Positions 35,444 to 50,400 of a DNA stretch of 64,000 nt are shown piece by piece; positions within the stretch are counted from its first letter, which is position 1; each line of letters starts with the position of its first letter. The notes below the pieces were generated by a model. The model was not told where the DNA came from, searched no databases, and saw only the letters and a program-made list of their open reading frames with translations. Source of the DNA: Phoronis australis (taxonomy: Eukaryota; Animalia; Phoronida); assembly GCA_002633005.1 (NCBI GenBank), contig NMRA01000031.1:458888-522887 (forward strand), written 5' to 3'. Position numbers and translations under genes: made by a program.

Positions 35444-38400
35444 GTACGTAAGCCAAGTCAAGACGGAGTTTTCACTTTCAGTTCACTAACACATTGCATA
35501 ATCGAAAAATGTTCAGATTCTTGAAGTGGTTTCGCATCTGTTGAGCCTATTTCTGCATCTTATTGCACTTTTTTAAACTTTTTAATTTGAATTTTTTAGA
35601 ACTGGCAATTTGATGTTTCATGTTGGTGTAAATTCTTGGAACTGCTTTGTGCTTGTATGGGCCGTTTCCACTTTCACTTCAGTTCACTGACATATTTATT
35701 GCATAATCAAAAAAATTTCATATCCTTGAAGGGCACTAGTCGGATATAATGGACCCTAACTTATTCGAAATAAATCCACTAAATGTAGGTCTAAATGAAT
35801 GATTTTGGTATTGTTGTATTCCTCAGACAGCTGGCTATCCGTACAAATCCTTTTCACGACCCTCAATTACTCTAGTCTATAACTACGCCATTCTGAACTT
35901 GGTACACTTTAGCCACGCGCATCGTGAAATCGGTTTCGCATCTGTTGAGCCTATTTCTACATCTGATTGCACTTTTTTAATTTTAACTTGAATTTTTTAG
36001 AAATGACAATTTGATGTTTCAAGGTCCTGTGAATTCTTGGAGCTGCTTTGTGCTTGTGCGGGGCACTGGTCGGATAAAGTGGTCCCAGATTTTGAGAACC
36101 AGTTACATCCACTGAATAACAGGCCCGTTATTCAGTGATCGCCTGGTTCTCAAAATGAGGGACCGCTATATCCGACCAATGCCCTTGTGTGGTGTGTAGG
36201 TGAGTTGCTGAAATTATGATTTGTCTTTTCAGGTGAAAACGGAAACAAACCAAGTCGTGTTGAACTCAGCAGATATCAAAGTGAATGATGCCAAATTTTC
36301 ATCGTCCGGTCTTGGTAATGGAAAATTCAGTAATTCTAAAGGAGAGCTGGCTCTCTGTAACTTGGTAGTCATGATAATAACTGTTAGTATTTTGTCGATA
36401 AACCTTTTCCGGCTAACCAACTTATTCCTAACAAATTGTAAATTGTTCTGAAACCTTAAAATCACTGCTATGAACTTTGTTAATGACCAAGAAANGGCCG
36501 TTTTCACTTTCAGTTCACTGACATATTTATTGCATAATCAAAAAAATTTCATATCCTTGAAGGGCACTAGTCGGATATAATGGACCCTAACTTATTCGAA
36601 ATAAATCCACTAAATGTAGGTCTAAATGAATGATTTTGGTATCGTTGTATTCCTCAGACATCTGGATATTCGTACAAATCCTTTTCACGACCCTCAATTA
36701 CTCTAGTCTATAACTACGCCATTCTGAACTTGGTCCACTTTAGCCACGCGCATCGTGAAATCGGTTTCGCATCTGTTGAGCCTATTTCTACATCTGATTG
36801 CACTTTTTTAATTTTAACTTGAATTTTTTAGAAATGACAATTTGATGTTTCAAGTTCCTGTGAATTCTTGGAGCTGCTTTGTGCTTGTGCGGGGCACTGG
36901 TCGGATAAAGTGGTCCCAGATTTTGAGAACCAGTTACATCCACTGAATAACAGGCCCGTTATTCAGTGATCGCCTGGTTCTCAAAATGAGGGACCGCTAT
37001 ATCCGACCAATGCCCTTGTGTGGTGTGTAGGTGAGTTGCTGAAATTATGATTTGTCTTTTCAGGTGAAAACGGAAACAAACCAAGTCGTGTTGAACTCAG
37101 CAGATATCAAAGTGAATGATGCCAAATTTTCATCGTCCGGTCTTGGTAATGGAAAATTCAGTAATTCTAAAGGAGAGCTGGCTCTCTGTAACTTGGTAGT
37201 CATGATAATAACTGTTAGTATTTTGTCGATAAACCTTTTCCGGCTAACCAACTTATTCCTAACAAATTGTAAATTGTTCTGAAACCTTAAAATCACTGCT
37301 ATGAACTTTGTTAATGACCAAGAAAAGAATGTGCAAGGTTTAATGTAGGTATCATATAGCCACTTAATAAAATTTGTCTTGTCTTGTTTCTTACCCACGT
37401 TAGAAGCAATCTCTAGGATCGGGGATGAACTGACAGTTCATTATATTCTTAGACCAAGGTCATATAATTGTTGAAGGTCATCAATTTTTATGAGCATGTT
37501 TTAAAGAAACAACGGCGTGCCAGTTTCCAAGACCAGATATCGCGCCAGTTTTTACTCAAGGAATAATGTGGAATTTAACAAAACTTGTTTTTGAACAGAA
37601 AGCATGAGTTTACTGCCACATTAAAGCGGCAGTTAATCTGCCTCCAATCATAAAGAACAAAATTTTGATTGTGCTTGGAAAGAACACGCAGTTTGGTATT
37701 TCTTAAGATCAGGCTCAGTGAGTTGACTTGTTATGGCATTCTTTAAGCGTCGAGCATGGTTTTAACAAATAACAAACTGTCAGTTGTTAGCAAACTCAGA
37801 AATTTTGTTATCTGAGCTAGCAGTAAGCCGAGACAAGTTCTGTAGTTTTAAGTGATGTAAATCGCCAAATGTTCACCTCGTGGATCAGACGCACATTCAT
37901 AGCTTTTAAAAGTGAAAATGAAAAATGTGACTGTGTGTTGAAGTGGCTGCGGGCATTACAGTAACCCAACCAAATCCGATACATCGCATTTGACTGAGGC
38001 ATTTATTTGCAGATCTGACTCCCCAAGTGAGTTATCAAGAAGAAAATGAAACTCTCACACTCACATTCCCCGACAAGTTGAAGGTAACATCTTGCTATCA
38101 TTAATTTAGAGCTCAAAATTCCTCGGCTAGCTCTTGGCAGGCAGCGATTGTTCATGTAGAAATGTACGGTGCCATGTAATTGGGACAAGATCTACCATTG
38201 GCAGGCAGTGGTCCTTCATGTATAAATGTACAGTGCCATGTCATTGGACAAGATCTAATGTTGCTCCATCATGATGATTACAGTTAAAATTGCTGGGCTC
38301 GAGTTTGGTGAATAAGGCATCTAAGATTGTGATTTAAGGCGAACTTTTTTTGCCATCCACATCAAAACTAATCATGATCTTTGATCCAAGTTGAAAAAAT

Positions 38401-41400
38401 ATCCATAGCCTCACTCTCTACCAATAATCACAGATCTGATTTTTGCGGGGAACGTAATTAATTTTTGCCATGATTATTGTTATGGTGTTCAAGAACACAC
38501 AGCTTTGGGGATTTTTTGCACCGGGATCAAAGATTATGATTCATTTCAGTTTATGAAATACCAGGGCTTGGAGTTTTCCTCTTTTAAGAAAATTTCCTCT
38601 TTTTGGTTTCAATTTCCCCTTATTTCATCTTTTTTATCATTATTTTAACTTTATTCATGCAAAAACATTTATTTGCACAAAAATATTTCTATCACCTAAG
38701 CTTGTTAATTTGTGGAGCGTTACATTACATGGTAAGCTTTCTTCCCTTTTAGTAATTGGTCATTCCAAGCCCTTAAGTACAAAAAGTTTAGTTTGGTTTG
38801 AATTTTAGTCATCTTAATTGCCAAACTTATTGTAGCTTAAATAAATGGCATGATCCAGCATTGCCATGAATTTTGTATTACAGAATCATAGCACTTGCAA
38901 ATATTTCTGGTAGTTAGTTCCCTACTGGACTGGTCCCTACTGGACTGGTCCCTACTGGACTGGTCTTGCCATTTTTACATCAAAAGAAGATATTCGTACC
39001 TTGGTACATTAAATGGCAGACCACTTTAAGACTACTGTTAGGACCAGTGGCTCTGTAATGAGTGTAAATTCTAGGAATTGTTTTGTTGTAAGATTGACTT
39101 CATTGGGTATTCGCACTGTAAAGGTTTCTGATTTAATTCTTACACTTACAGGTTGGCCCTGGACGGCTTTCTCTCGACTTTACTGGTGAACTCAATGATA
39201 AGATGAAAGGGTTCTATCGCAGTAAATACTCCACGCCAGCCGGTGAAGAGCGCTTCGCGGCTGTCACACAGTTTGAGGTGATTAATTACTGAGTTTAGTA
39301 TTGTGTCTCATGCTTGAAACTCACACGAAAAGCACTTGTCCTTAAATTTAAATTTGAAACCAGACAGTCTCACATTTTAGATGTTACTTAAAACTAAAAT
39401 ACAAATTCCTTTTTAAGCCAAAAAGTAGTGAAATTAGTTCTGGTCCGAGGGCTTTTTGAAAAATCAATGCCGTGTTAGGGGTATGTTTCTTAGTTTTCAA
39501 ATAGAAAAGGCCACCTGATACCAGCTGAAATTAAGGTCATTGAAAGACATGATTGCTGCTGAGTTGTCTAGCTGATTCATTCAAAGAAACTTGTTTGGGT
39601 AGCTTTTGAAGAAAAATTTGCTTAAAACGATACAGGTGGGTGTTTTTTATGCTTAAACAGTGAAGAGCAGGTTTCAAAATGAGTCTGGCTCAGACCAGAA
39701 CCAACCATACATTATTCTTTGACCTGTCTTGTAGAGTCACGTGTCACTTTAATTACTACTCCCCAGGCCCTTCTGAACAAGAATGTAACGTTTGGTATGT
39801 GACAAAAATGGTCTGGGATACAGCCTGCATCTTGTTTCTGCTTTCACTTTCATCGACCAAACACACCGCTTTGACTCACTATAATTAGCACAGTTTGTGG
39901 AAGGTTTCACTTTACGTGGCCTTTTCACATAGTCAGAAAAATGCGCAATTTTAATGACCACTGTTACATTTCCTGTCTGTAAAGGCCATTGCTCACACGA
40001 GTGATTTTTATCAATTGCTTGGCTATGTACTACGCACTGACCTCGCATCAGACTCTGCACACTTGACGTAGTGAAGCGCAGTGTTGAAAGGTCAGTTTGG
40101 TAACTTGTGAACGCACTACACTGACTACTGCATGTCTGTTCTTAGGCTACAGATGCCAGGAGGGCATTCCCATGTTGGGACGAACCTGCAGTAAAAGCGA
40201 CATTTGATGTGACACTAGTGGTTCCCAAGGACAGAGTGGCTTTGTCAAACATGGTTAGTCGTCAGTAGTTAGAGTGTACACTTGGTCTTGGTGTAGTTTT
40301 ATTCTGAATACTGTAAAATGTCAACAATTTAGGACGCAATATGGCTCACTTGTGAAAGTTTATTTTATCATTTTTCATGATACATATATGTACAACAAAT
40401 TAAATGATTTTCCATGTTCGCCATTCTTATCACAGTTTCTATGAAACAAAGTTTTGAAAAAATTGTGGGCTCTCACAACGAAGCCCCTGAAAAATGAAAG
40501 AAGTGCCTTTTTGGCAATTATTTTTGTCCAAAATTAGAGAGACGTGTCTATACTGTAATGCAAAATGAATTATTGGTAACTAAAGCTTTTCAATGAATCG
40601 AGCCTCGAAAATGTAAATTAATGATATTCTCATTGTAAGCAGTTTGTCTTATGCAGCATGAAACAGATTTTTGAATCCGAGTTTTCAAAGGCTTTTATTT
40701 CTTCAAAGTATCTTGTTACTTGACTAAAACATCTCGTATGCGCTTGTTATTACATTTGTTATCTGCATTCATTTGGCAGTATTGATACCAAGTTCATAAC
40801 ATAGGTGTCATTAGTTTAGATTTTTGTACCGTTTTATTAGCATAGAGCTGTCCCAAACTGTTAAGGCTTCTGCTTGAAGGTTCAGCAGCTGTAGATTTTA
40901 CTGTTGTATTAGTCTGAGTGTGTCTAAATGACAGTTGGATTACCAGGAAAGATACCAAAGTTAGATTTATTTTGTACTTTATGTTATTGATATGAAATGC
41001 AGAATGCAAATCACCTACTTTGCATATTTTATCCAGCCTGTGGTCAGCGACACACCCCTGGACAGTGACAATGGATGGAAGGTGGTGGAGTATGCCAGCT
41101 CACCTATCATGTCCACTTATCTCCTGGCGTTCATTGTGGGCGAGTACGATTATGTGGAGGAGAAGGACAGTGATGGGGTTCTGGTCCGTGTGTACACACC
41201 CCTGGGGAAGACAGAGCAGGGGAAATTTGCTTTGGAGGTATGGCTTAATGCTTCGAGGGATAAAATGTATGGGTTTGCATGTGTTTCGAAATTCCAATTA
41301 GTTTTTAAGCATCGTTTTCAATTCCCCGAGAAAATAAGAGTGCAGAGTTCTTGTATTTTTCATCTTTTGCATTTCACCTTGATTTATAGACTTTTGAAAC

Positions 41401-44400
41401 TCAAGTCACTGAACATGCAGTCAAGTCTGCTTTTTCATTGATTTGTTGGTTGATTTGTCAGTTTATTTGCCATGTGCAAATGCTGGACCCATTGTGTTTT
41501 TCAGGTTGCTGTCAAGACATTGCCATTCTATAAGGAGTACTTCGGCATTGCTTACCCTCTTCCCAAGATGGATCTCATCGCTATTGCTGACTTCAGTGCA
41601 GGTAATTGGTGACATCTTGTAGTCACTAGAGTCTTTATGCACTGTGGTCTCAACGTGTTTCTTACTCATTTTTGAAGCGACTTCTGGTTATTGCTGGTGG
41701 ACACTGCTCACGTATATCAAGACACTCTGTTGTGTCTAATCTCATGTATTACACTGCTCAATTCTTCCCAAGTTTAGTTAGGAACAAATTGAGACTAAAC
41801 CCGACAACCACCCCTCATCGGCAATGCCTCAAGCCGCCAGAACTGATATTTTGCAGAAGCGATTCTGATCTTAAGGGGCATTTTTATCATTAGAGGGGGA
41901 GGAGGGAACTTTCGGACCTGATGCAATGGGAATTTTACGTGATCTTTAAATATTTCTCATAGGGGAATGAGGCTAATAGTGGTCTCAAAAATTGGCATCC
42001 AGGGCCCTAGTAAGTGACCAAATGAAAAGATAATTGTTGAATAAAGTCAGGTTTGTGACACATTAGTAATTTTTTTCTGTTGATGTGTAATGTTGCTTTC
42101 AGCCTGTAGTGTTGCATGGTGAATGTATTAGAATTCAAACTATAAGAGAATTGCTAGATTTCTGCATTCGTAAGATACAAATGCTGGAACACATTTTCAG
42201 GCAACCACGATTTGTGCACTGTTCATTTAATGTATAAGTTAAAATAAGGCAAAAAATATGCAGCTTCAAACAGAGGATAAAGCAAGGTAAAGACTAACCG
42301 ACTTGCAAAAACACCACCGAGTTCCACCTGCCAAATTAAATCAAAACAACTGATGCTCTCTGTTCTGTGAAACGTGTGGTTACATTACTCAAGCAGTGCT
42401 CCATGTAGCTTTAAGTTATTGTAGCACTTGTTAAATTTGATGGTGACCTCTGACCTGTTTATCGTGTTATTTCAGGTGCAATGGAAAACTGGGGTTTAGT
42501 CACGTACCGCGAGACCGCCTTGTTGATAGATCCGACTCAGTCGTCCGCATCGACCCGTCAATGGGTGGCGCTGGTTGTTGGACACGAATTGGCTCATCAG
42601 TGGTTTGGCAATCTGGTTACCATGGTGCGTGCAGTTGTGTGGTCTATTTTAAGTTGTTTTAATTGGTGATGCGTTGAGTTTGGAGCTCGATTTTATTGAT
42701 CACGCAAGTAGTCCTGAAGGGCAGAGTGAATGAGTGAATGTTCTGTCGGTTTGTGGCAATTAATCACTGTTTACTGCTTGTAAGACTTCCTAAACCACTT
42801 CTGTACTGTTGTACAGTGTTACCAACTGATCTTGGTGTGACAAGTATCGGTATTGTTTGAATACGGACAACAGGGTGTTTCAAGCCTAACTTAGTACTAA
42901 GAGCAGTTATTTTGTTCTTGTAACTTCAAAATTTTAGTCTCTCGCAGAAATGTCACAATTGAAACATTTTGTTGTCTTTATTCAAATGTTGTGCTATAAA
43001 GAGGCACACAGGATGAAGGAAGGCTTTTCCCCTCGCCGTCCATGTTTTAGTTGTATTTCCTTTACCTTCTACACGCATTTACGTTATTTTAGAATGCAAC
43101 TACCTGACACATGTTTTTGAAATCACTGCTCCACTTAGGATTTTATTTGACTCTTATGTCTGGCCAGCATACATGCAACTTGCGTGTGTTACTCAGAATC
43201 ATTCTGTCTTTTTAAATGATTGCCCTCAAATTTTCAAAAATTGTTTTTAAATGACAATGCTGCTTTGAATCCTGTTGCAAAATCCTGTGACTTTTCTTAG
43301 AGATTGTCATATCTTTGCAAGACTAAGGAATTAATTTCCGCCTTTTAACCTGAGAACTCTGGTTTCAATATTCTTCGTAGAGTTTGGAAGCTTTCATTTT
43401 TGACAGCTACTTTCTCGTGGTAAAAGACCTTGCCATAAAATCATAGACTCCACTTCCTAGTAGTTTCCAAATAAATTGTCTGGGTTTGTCGATGTCATGC
43501 CAAAAGCGCAGAAGGAAATCAAATAAATAATAAATACTTGTAAAATTAGCCGGAGATTTTCGCTTCTAAATGCTGCCAATTTTTCAGAAGAAATATCGTC
43601 AACTTTTTTGATGACTGCTGTAGAAACAAGTTGCTGGTCAAATGTACAAAATTCTCTATGCAGGGTTGTTGTGGCATGATGTTATGCAGTTGCGACACTT
43701 CAATTACAGGAGTGGTGGACTCATCTGTGGTTAAACGAGGGGTTTGCCTCCTTCATAGAGTACCTGTGTGTCAACTACGTGTTCCCAGAGTACGACATTT
43801 GGACGCAGTTTGTCTCCACAGACTTCTCAAGAGCTTTGGAGTTAGATGCCCTCAACAACAGCCACCCCATTGAAGTACGTAGGCTGTCACGCAGAGCAGG
43901 TTGATTTGTGTAAACATATTTTTAAAATGATTTAGGACATTTATCTATTTCAAAGACAACTTTCTGTTTCCTTTTTGTTGTTGTACAAGAAAAAAATTAC
44001 CATTTCCACTTACCTCAAATAAGCAGGAATAAAGTTTGGTGTTAATTTTACTTGGGAATCTCCTGGGTTAGACATTTCATCTAAGTGTGCTGTTCACTTG
44101 TTAACAGTGATTATTATTTGGTGGACAGGTTCCAGTTGGTCATCCAGATGAGGTGGACGAGATCTTTGATGCCATCTCATACAGCAAGGGGGCGTCTGTG
44201 ATCAGGATGTTGCATGATTGGATAGGTGACGATGTGAGTACTGTCTGTAGAAAGAACTATTGTAAAGCTACACTTCTTTCTATTTCCTCACTGATTTATG
44301 TGGAAATGCTGAAATGTTCCAATAAGCAGCTGTAAACTTGCATTTTGTCAAGGAATCTAACTTTTGATTTAGTCCACGTACTGTTGTAAAATTGGTCTCA

Positions 44401-47400
44401 ACCTGTTCGTTACTCGGATGAGAAGTGATTTTTGGGCTTTAAGAGAACTGAGAGTTTGTGACGACTCGAGACCAAGCTTGACAAATAAAATGACACGTTA
44501 CAACGTGGGTTTGTTGACTCTAGTCTCAACCATAGATGGACCGTCAATAAGTACTCTGTGCTCTATTAGTGGCAATGGAAATAAAGACCTGTCATTGTAG
44601 GAAATATTTTGAGACGGATTATTTTGGGTTATATTTTGTTTATATTTTTTTCAAACTGCTAAACAGAAAGAAGCAGTTTTACGTGAATTCCCGCATGTTG
44701 TTGACTCAAATTTTCATCGTCGTTCTCTATATCTCTGTGAATCAATACATGTACCATGACAAAATTTTCTTGTTCGTACTTGAACATTAGCTTATACCAA
44801 AGTTCTGGAGAGGACGATTTGTTTTTGTTAATTGTTTCTTGTTAAAGTGGATTTTATTTGTTAGAAGTAGCAAGGTTAGCGGTTTTGAGCTGAAACACTT
44901 TGCACGGCTTATGGGCACGATCTTCATAAGATACTAGCTAAACTTCCGAACTGTTGCATTAACTCCAACTTGATATCATTTCAGGTAGTGTAACATTACT
45001 TTCTGCTGCTTTTTGCAGGACTTTAAGAAAGGTATGAACCATTACTTAGAAAAGTTCAAGTACAAGAATGCGTTCACTGAGGACTTGTGGGATTCACTGG
45101 AGTTTGCCAGTGGAAAACCAGTGGACAAAGTGATGACCACCTGGACCAAGCAGATGGGCTTTCCCGTTTTGAAGGTAATATAAGAGTGTTCAGAAATTTA
45201 CTCAGTCTGGGTAATCAAGTGACTGCTGACAAACGTGTTATGCGTGTTCTAAGCTTAATTCCATACTCAATGTTAACTGTGATTAGTTATACCAGTTTTT
45301 GTATCGTTCAGTATTTTGATAGGTGACTTGTTGCTGTTGAGTATTTTTTCTCAGAGAGAAATTCTTTTCATAACATTCTTTAGGAAGTAAACCAGTTTAA
45401 GGAAATAAAGTTGTTAAAAATTTCATAATTTTGCTAAAAGTTGCATTGTATTGTCAGTTTCAGAACTAGTTAGTGGTTGTAGGGTATGTCCTGAAGTCAA
45501 ATGATGTGTTCTATAGGTTTCAGAGAAACGAGAAGGCAAGACTGTAAAACTGACAATTAGTCAAGAAAAGTTCTGTGCTGATGGAAAGTTGGAGGGTGAG
45601 TGTGCCATGGTGGTGGTGATGGTGGTAGTAGTGGTGGTGGTGGTGGTGGTTGTGGTGGTCACATGACAAGGGACACTTTCAGTTTGTTGTATTTTCGAAG
45701 AGACTACAATCAAAATTTAAATCGTGTTTTTTACAGTAACGTTTTCTTTGAAGGAAGAGAGTTACATCTATTTTCACAAATCAGACATTTGATTCAGAGT
45801 ACGTTGAAGATTACACATCGTGAGAAAAGAAAAAAACAGTAATCATTAATAAACTGTACACAACTGAATCTTACACAACTGAATCTCTGGCGGAATTTCC
45901 CTTAGTGTAAGATCAAGCCTGTTGCCCTTTTCAATCGAGGAGAGTGTGTGCTTTCATATTTACAGGGTATCATGCCAGGTTTTGGTTGCTCAATTAAATC
46001 AAACTTGGCTTTCCTTAATTGTGCAAAGCTATGATGTCAATCACCCCTTTCCAGCTGATCAGAGTAGTTGTAAATCTAAAGCTGGACATATGTTTATGAG
46101 GAATTTGGCCGGTCGCTAATGAAGCACATGACTGGTGATCTAGGTGATGTTGTGAATTCTACTAGAAAGCTGAAGTCTTAGGCCATCTTATTTGTTGAAA
46201 CTCAGGTCAAATTCTTCTCCCTGTCCAAAATCACACAATCACCTCAGTGATCCATAACTGGCCAGCCGAAGTACTCTCGGCAAGGGCGCAATGTACAACC
46301 AGGTATAAATTCGCTGATTAAATGCTCAACAGGATACTTTACAATTTACATCAAGTTACATTCTAATTGCATTGGACAATTTTCTGAAGAGTTATTTACC
46401 TGACTTTTCTAGGCAAGAGTCCCCTGTGGATGGTTCCAGTGAGTATATCCACTGCCTCAAGTCCAGATGTAGCGGTCAAGACTATTCTGCTGGATTCTGC
46501 AAACACTGAGGTCACCCTGGAGGGTGTGGCTGAAACAGACTGGGTCAAGGTAAGCTTGAAAGATTTGGAGGCTTGTCCCTGTCTTTTGTTTAAGGTATCA
46601 ATGCCTGTGGGTTGGTTGACTCTAGGAAACAGTTTGGTTTCCTAATTTTTCCACTTTCTAATTGATCAAAAACTCAATTTGTGTGTCTAAATGTGTAACA
46701 TGTGTTTAAGGGATAGCAGCATGAGGTCACCCTGGTGCTCCCTCTGTTGTTAGATATTACAGACTGCTCTTACCTCATGCAGCAGTAAGTCTTTTCCAAC
46801 AGATGTAAGACTATGATTTGCAGCCGTCATGAACTTGCTAAAACAAGTGTAAGTGTAATATTGGGGTCAATGTGTTCAGCTGTTTTCATGTCCCACCACA
46901 TACCTAATGCACCATCTACATTGTGCAAGTGTCCATTTTGAACTTGTGTCTGCGTTACTGTTTCAGTTGAACCCAGGAACTGTTGGTTTCTACAGGGTCC
47001 AATACTCATCTGAGATGTTGAACCATCTCCTGCCTGGCATTAAGAACAAGTCGCTGCCCCCTCGTGACAGGCTCGGTATTCAGAATGACTTGTTTGCCCT
47101 GGTGAGTATCACCAGTGAAGGATGAGACTCCAACACTGTATCATTCTTTTAGAGTCGCCTTAGAGGAATGAAGACTGCAGTATTGTACAGTCTCTGTTGT
47201 ATATTCCAAGTAAATTGAAGACAGCGATTATACATTTTGGTTAAAATTTCAGCTGCAGAATTAAGTTTCTAAAAGGAACTTCACAGCCTGTGGTTTTCAA
47301 AGATATGCTGAAATCCCTTTGCATCTGAGATTACAAAATTTGGTAGAAAAATGTAATGACGTGTTTAGTAATATTAAATTTGTTAATAATTTTGCTTTAT

Positions 47401-50400
47401 TTAAAAAAATATTGATAGAAAGAAACATACAAGGAAGAAGATATTACTTCCACACAAACACATACCTACAGGTTTTCAATGTTTCACTTCCTTCAGGATT
47501 TCCACCAAAACTTTGATTCATTTGAAAACTACTGTTAAGCTGTAGCAAACGATCTTGGTGACTTTGTATCGCGTCTGCTGACATTCATCATCCTCTTGCT
47601 GTACTTCATTTTTTTTTTTACTCGTCATTGTCGCCTCCTTTTGGCCTCATGTTAAGTTGTGTTCAATAGGCTCTGTAACTTTTGCAATGTTGGTTCTTGA
47701 AACTGCTACTCTGTTGGTATTTGTGACCTTTTGCTATTCTGTCTGATTACTTGTAAGGCGAAAAATACATCGTTGGTTCTGGGTAGCATTCTATGGACCT
47801 AATATGCTTGCAAGGAATTGTAGTGTGATCATGTGCTTTATGACTTAATGTTGCAAATCTGTTAGGGCATTCTCTTTCTTCTGTATATGCCCTGAATTTG
47901 AATTTTATGGACTTGAAATTTTAAAGATATTTCATGAGAAGTTTGCAGTGTTGTCTGCTTAAACACGGTTCGAGCGTAACATCTCCATATAAACTTGACA
48001 AAATTTAAAATGTCATCATTTACTATCATTATGATGTATTGCTTGGCATACTTTATTTTGGAAGAAAGTGGTTAGTGACAATGCCCACTTGGCCAACATT
48101 TGGGGAAGGAATTTTAGCCAATCACATGGTGCAGAGAATTCCTATTTCCCCCTTCTCCATTTTTGTGCACATTGCGTAGGATATTCATAGGGCCCCACTG
48201 ACAGTGACAGCATATTTGATGTCAGCAGTGACTCGCTGCATCTACTACTGCCCAGTTCATCACTAGGATTGAGCCATTCCATTTATTTAGTAAATGTTGC
48301 TTTGTGCTGCATTTCCTGTTAGCTGAAAATCCTAGTAGGCCTCTTGTCCAGTTAAAAATAATTACCATCCTTTTGCTAGACAAAAGAACCAAACCGTCAA
48401 CTAGTCCTCAAAGTGCCATTTTCGGATCGAAAACCGGCTAGCTCTTGTAAAATCTGATTTTCTGAAGCAGTTCTCAACTCTTCAGTTGGTTGGATGTTCT
48501 TCTTGACAGTGTTAATCAAGTCCTGTTTGATAGGTGATATTGGCCTCAGTCCTGCATTTATCTTTCCAGAGTCTGACTTTTTAGTGTCTCCCTCTTTAGG
48601 CCAGGGCAGGTGTAGCACCCTCCGTTGACGTGTTGAAAGTTGCCGAAGCGTTTGTGAACGAGGACAACTACACGGTGTGGAATGACCTGTCGTCCAATTT
48701 GGGCCAGATGGCGCTGCTGCTACAGCACACTGATGCATACGACAACTTCAAGAGCTTTAACAAGGCTCTGTTTGGTCCCGTGGCCCAAAGACTTGGCTGG
48801 GAGCCCACTGAGAATGAGGGTAATCTTAATGCTGTTGCTTGAATGCGGTGTTTTATTCTGAAGTTCCCTGCTTTGTACTTGTACCCCACCATGCATTAGC
48901 ATGAAAGAGGGGACATCACGACCGCCTGTTCATACGTCCGTCCATATGTCTCACAATTATGTTGGCATGGTATCTCTAGAAGGATGTTCCAGATTTTGTT
49001 CATATTCTCTGTACCCAGGTGTAGGTGAGGCGTCTCTAGGAACTTGTCAATATTGGTGACCTTGACCTTGACACCACTTTCAAGGTAATAAGAAAGTCCC
49101 GTTTTTGCTTAGAAAATGGTGTTGGCATGATATCTTAAGAACAAAGAGTTGGATTTTGTTCATATTCCTTATCCATGCGTAGGTGGAACCTCTCAAGTCA
49201 CCATCCCGTTTTGGTGAACTTGACGTCATTTTCGAGGCCACTGCGAGAAAATCAAGTGTTTGCTTAAAAAGGGGGTGTTGACGCTATATCTCAAGAAGGA
49301 CTTTTTGAAATATTGGGTTCAACAATATATTGTTCCATACAAAATCATTACCACTTGAAAGTTAATTTTGCAATGTTCAGACATGGTGCGGTGACTGTGG
49401 ACAATTTTTTTGTGTCAAATGCTTATTTCCAGTTGCTTTATAGGTTGATTGATGGCCTTGTTCATCAGCCTGTACACCTAACATGTTATTGGTCAGAAAT
49501 AAACCAATGGCTATTTGTTGTTTCTACATTTCTCAGAAGAGGCTTGGTTGTATTTTTGTTGTCTCTTGATACTGCGTTGTTATTATTATTGAATCATATT
49601 GTGAAGTAGAACTAGGTTGTATATTACCTAATTATTTGTTGTATAGTACTCGATTTTCTTAACTAGTAGTCAGAGACAATTTAATTGGTAAAAAATCTAT
49701 TTTTGGCTCTAAAAGACCCTAGTAAGCGTCTTGTCTTGGAGTAAAATGGCAGTGTCTGTTTGAGTCCCATGTTATGTGGATATCTATTGACATTCCCATT
49801 TTATATTTTTCCTTTTTACTGACATCATTCTGGTGCCTCTTGTGATTACTTGATTCTTCTGTTCAGGACATCTAACGGCAATGTTGAGGACTCTGGTTCT
49901 CACCAAGATGGGTCGCTATGGCGACAAGGCCACAGTTGAAGAAGCCAGACGCCGACTGGCAGATCACGTTGAAGGCACCAAGACACTCAGCGCAGATCTT
50001 CGCGCTCCTGTGAGTAGTAACCTCAACTACTGTACGATTTGCTTGGATTCAGTGATACCTATTTGGACACGGAATGCAGATCTTGGAATCTGTCTTTCTC
50101 GGTGGATATGAGCATGTTGGTCATGATGAATCAGAATAGTTTAACAACTCTATTAAGTTATCATTTTGGACATTTATATCAAATGAAAATCATGTTATTG
50201 ATATTGCGGCTATCAATTTACCTTTCTATGTTAGGTAGTCCACATTTCCCATCATGTAGAACATGGAAAATGACAATTTAGTTGTGATAAGCTTGGAAAA
50301 TTTCGTAAGATTTCCACGGTTATTAATAAATATTAAGAAAATATAATTTGCATGCCGTATCATGAGTTATGATTTAGTCAAGCTGGGCAATGATCACTAC

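Larger units (their letters stand above)
35659..37324. repeat. About 830-bp near-identical tandem duplication across a single-N join (likely both haplotypes assembled in series)
   Basis: 35659-36494 vs 36496-37324 differ by only a handful of substitutions and a small indel. Confidence 0.8.

Noticed and set aside
36233-37145. Mutually exclusive exon pair in NPEPPS
   Set aside because: The exons are identical and the introns near-identical across a single-N join; a haplotype artefact is more parsimonious.
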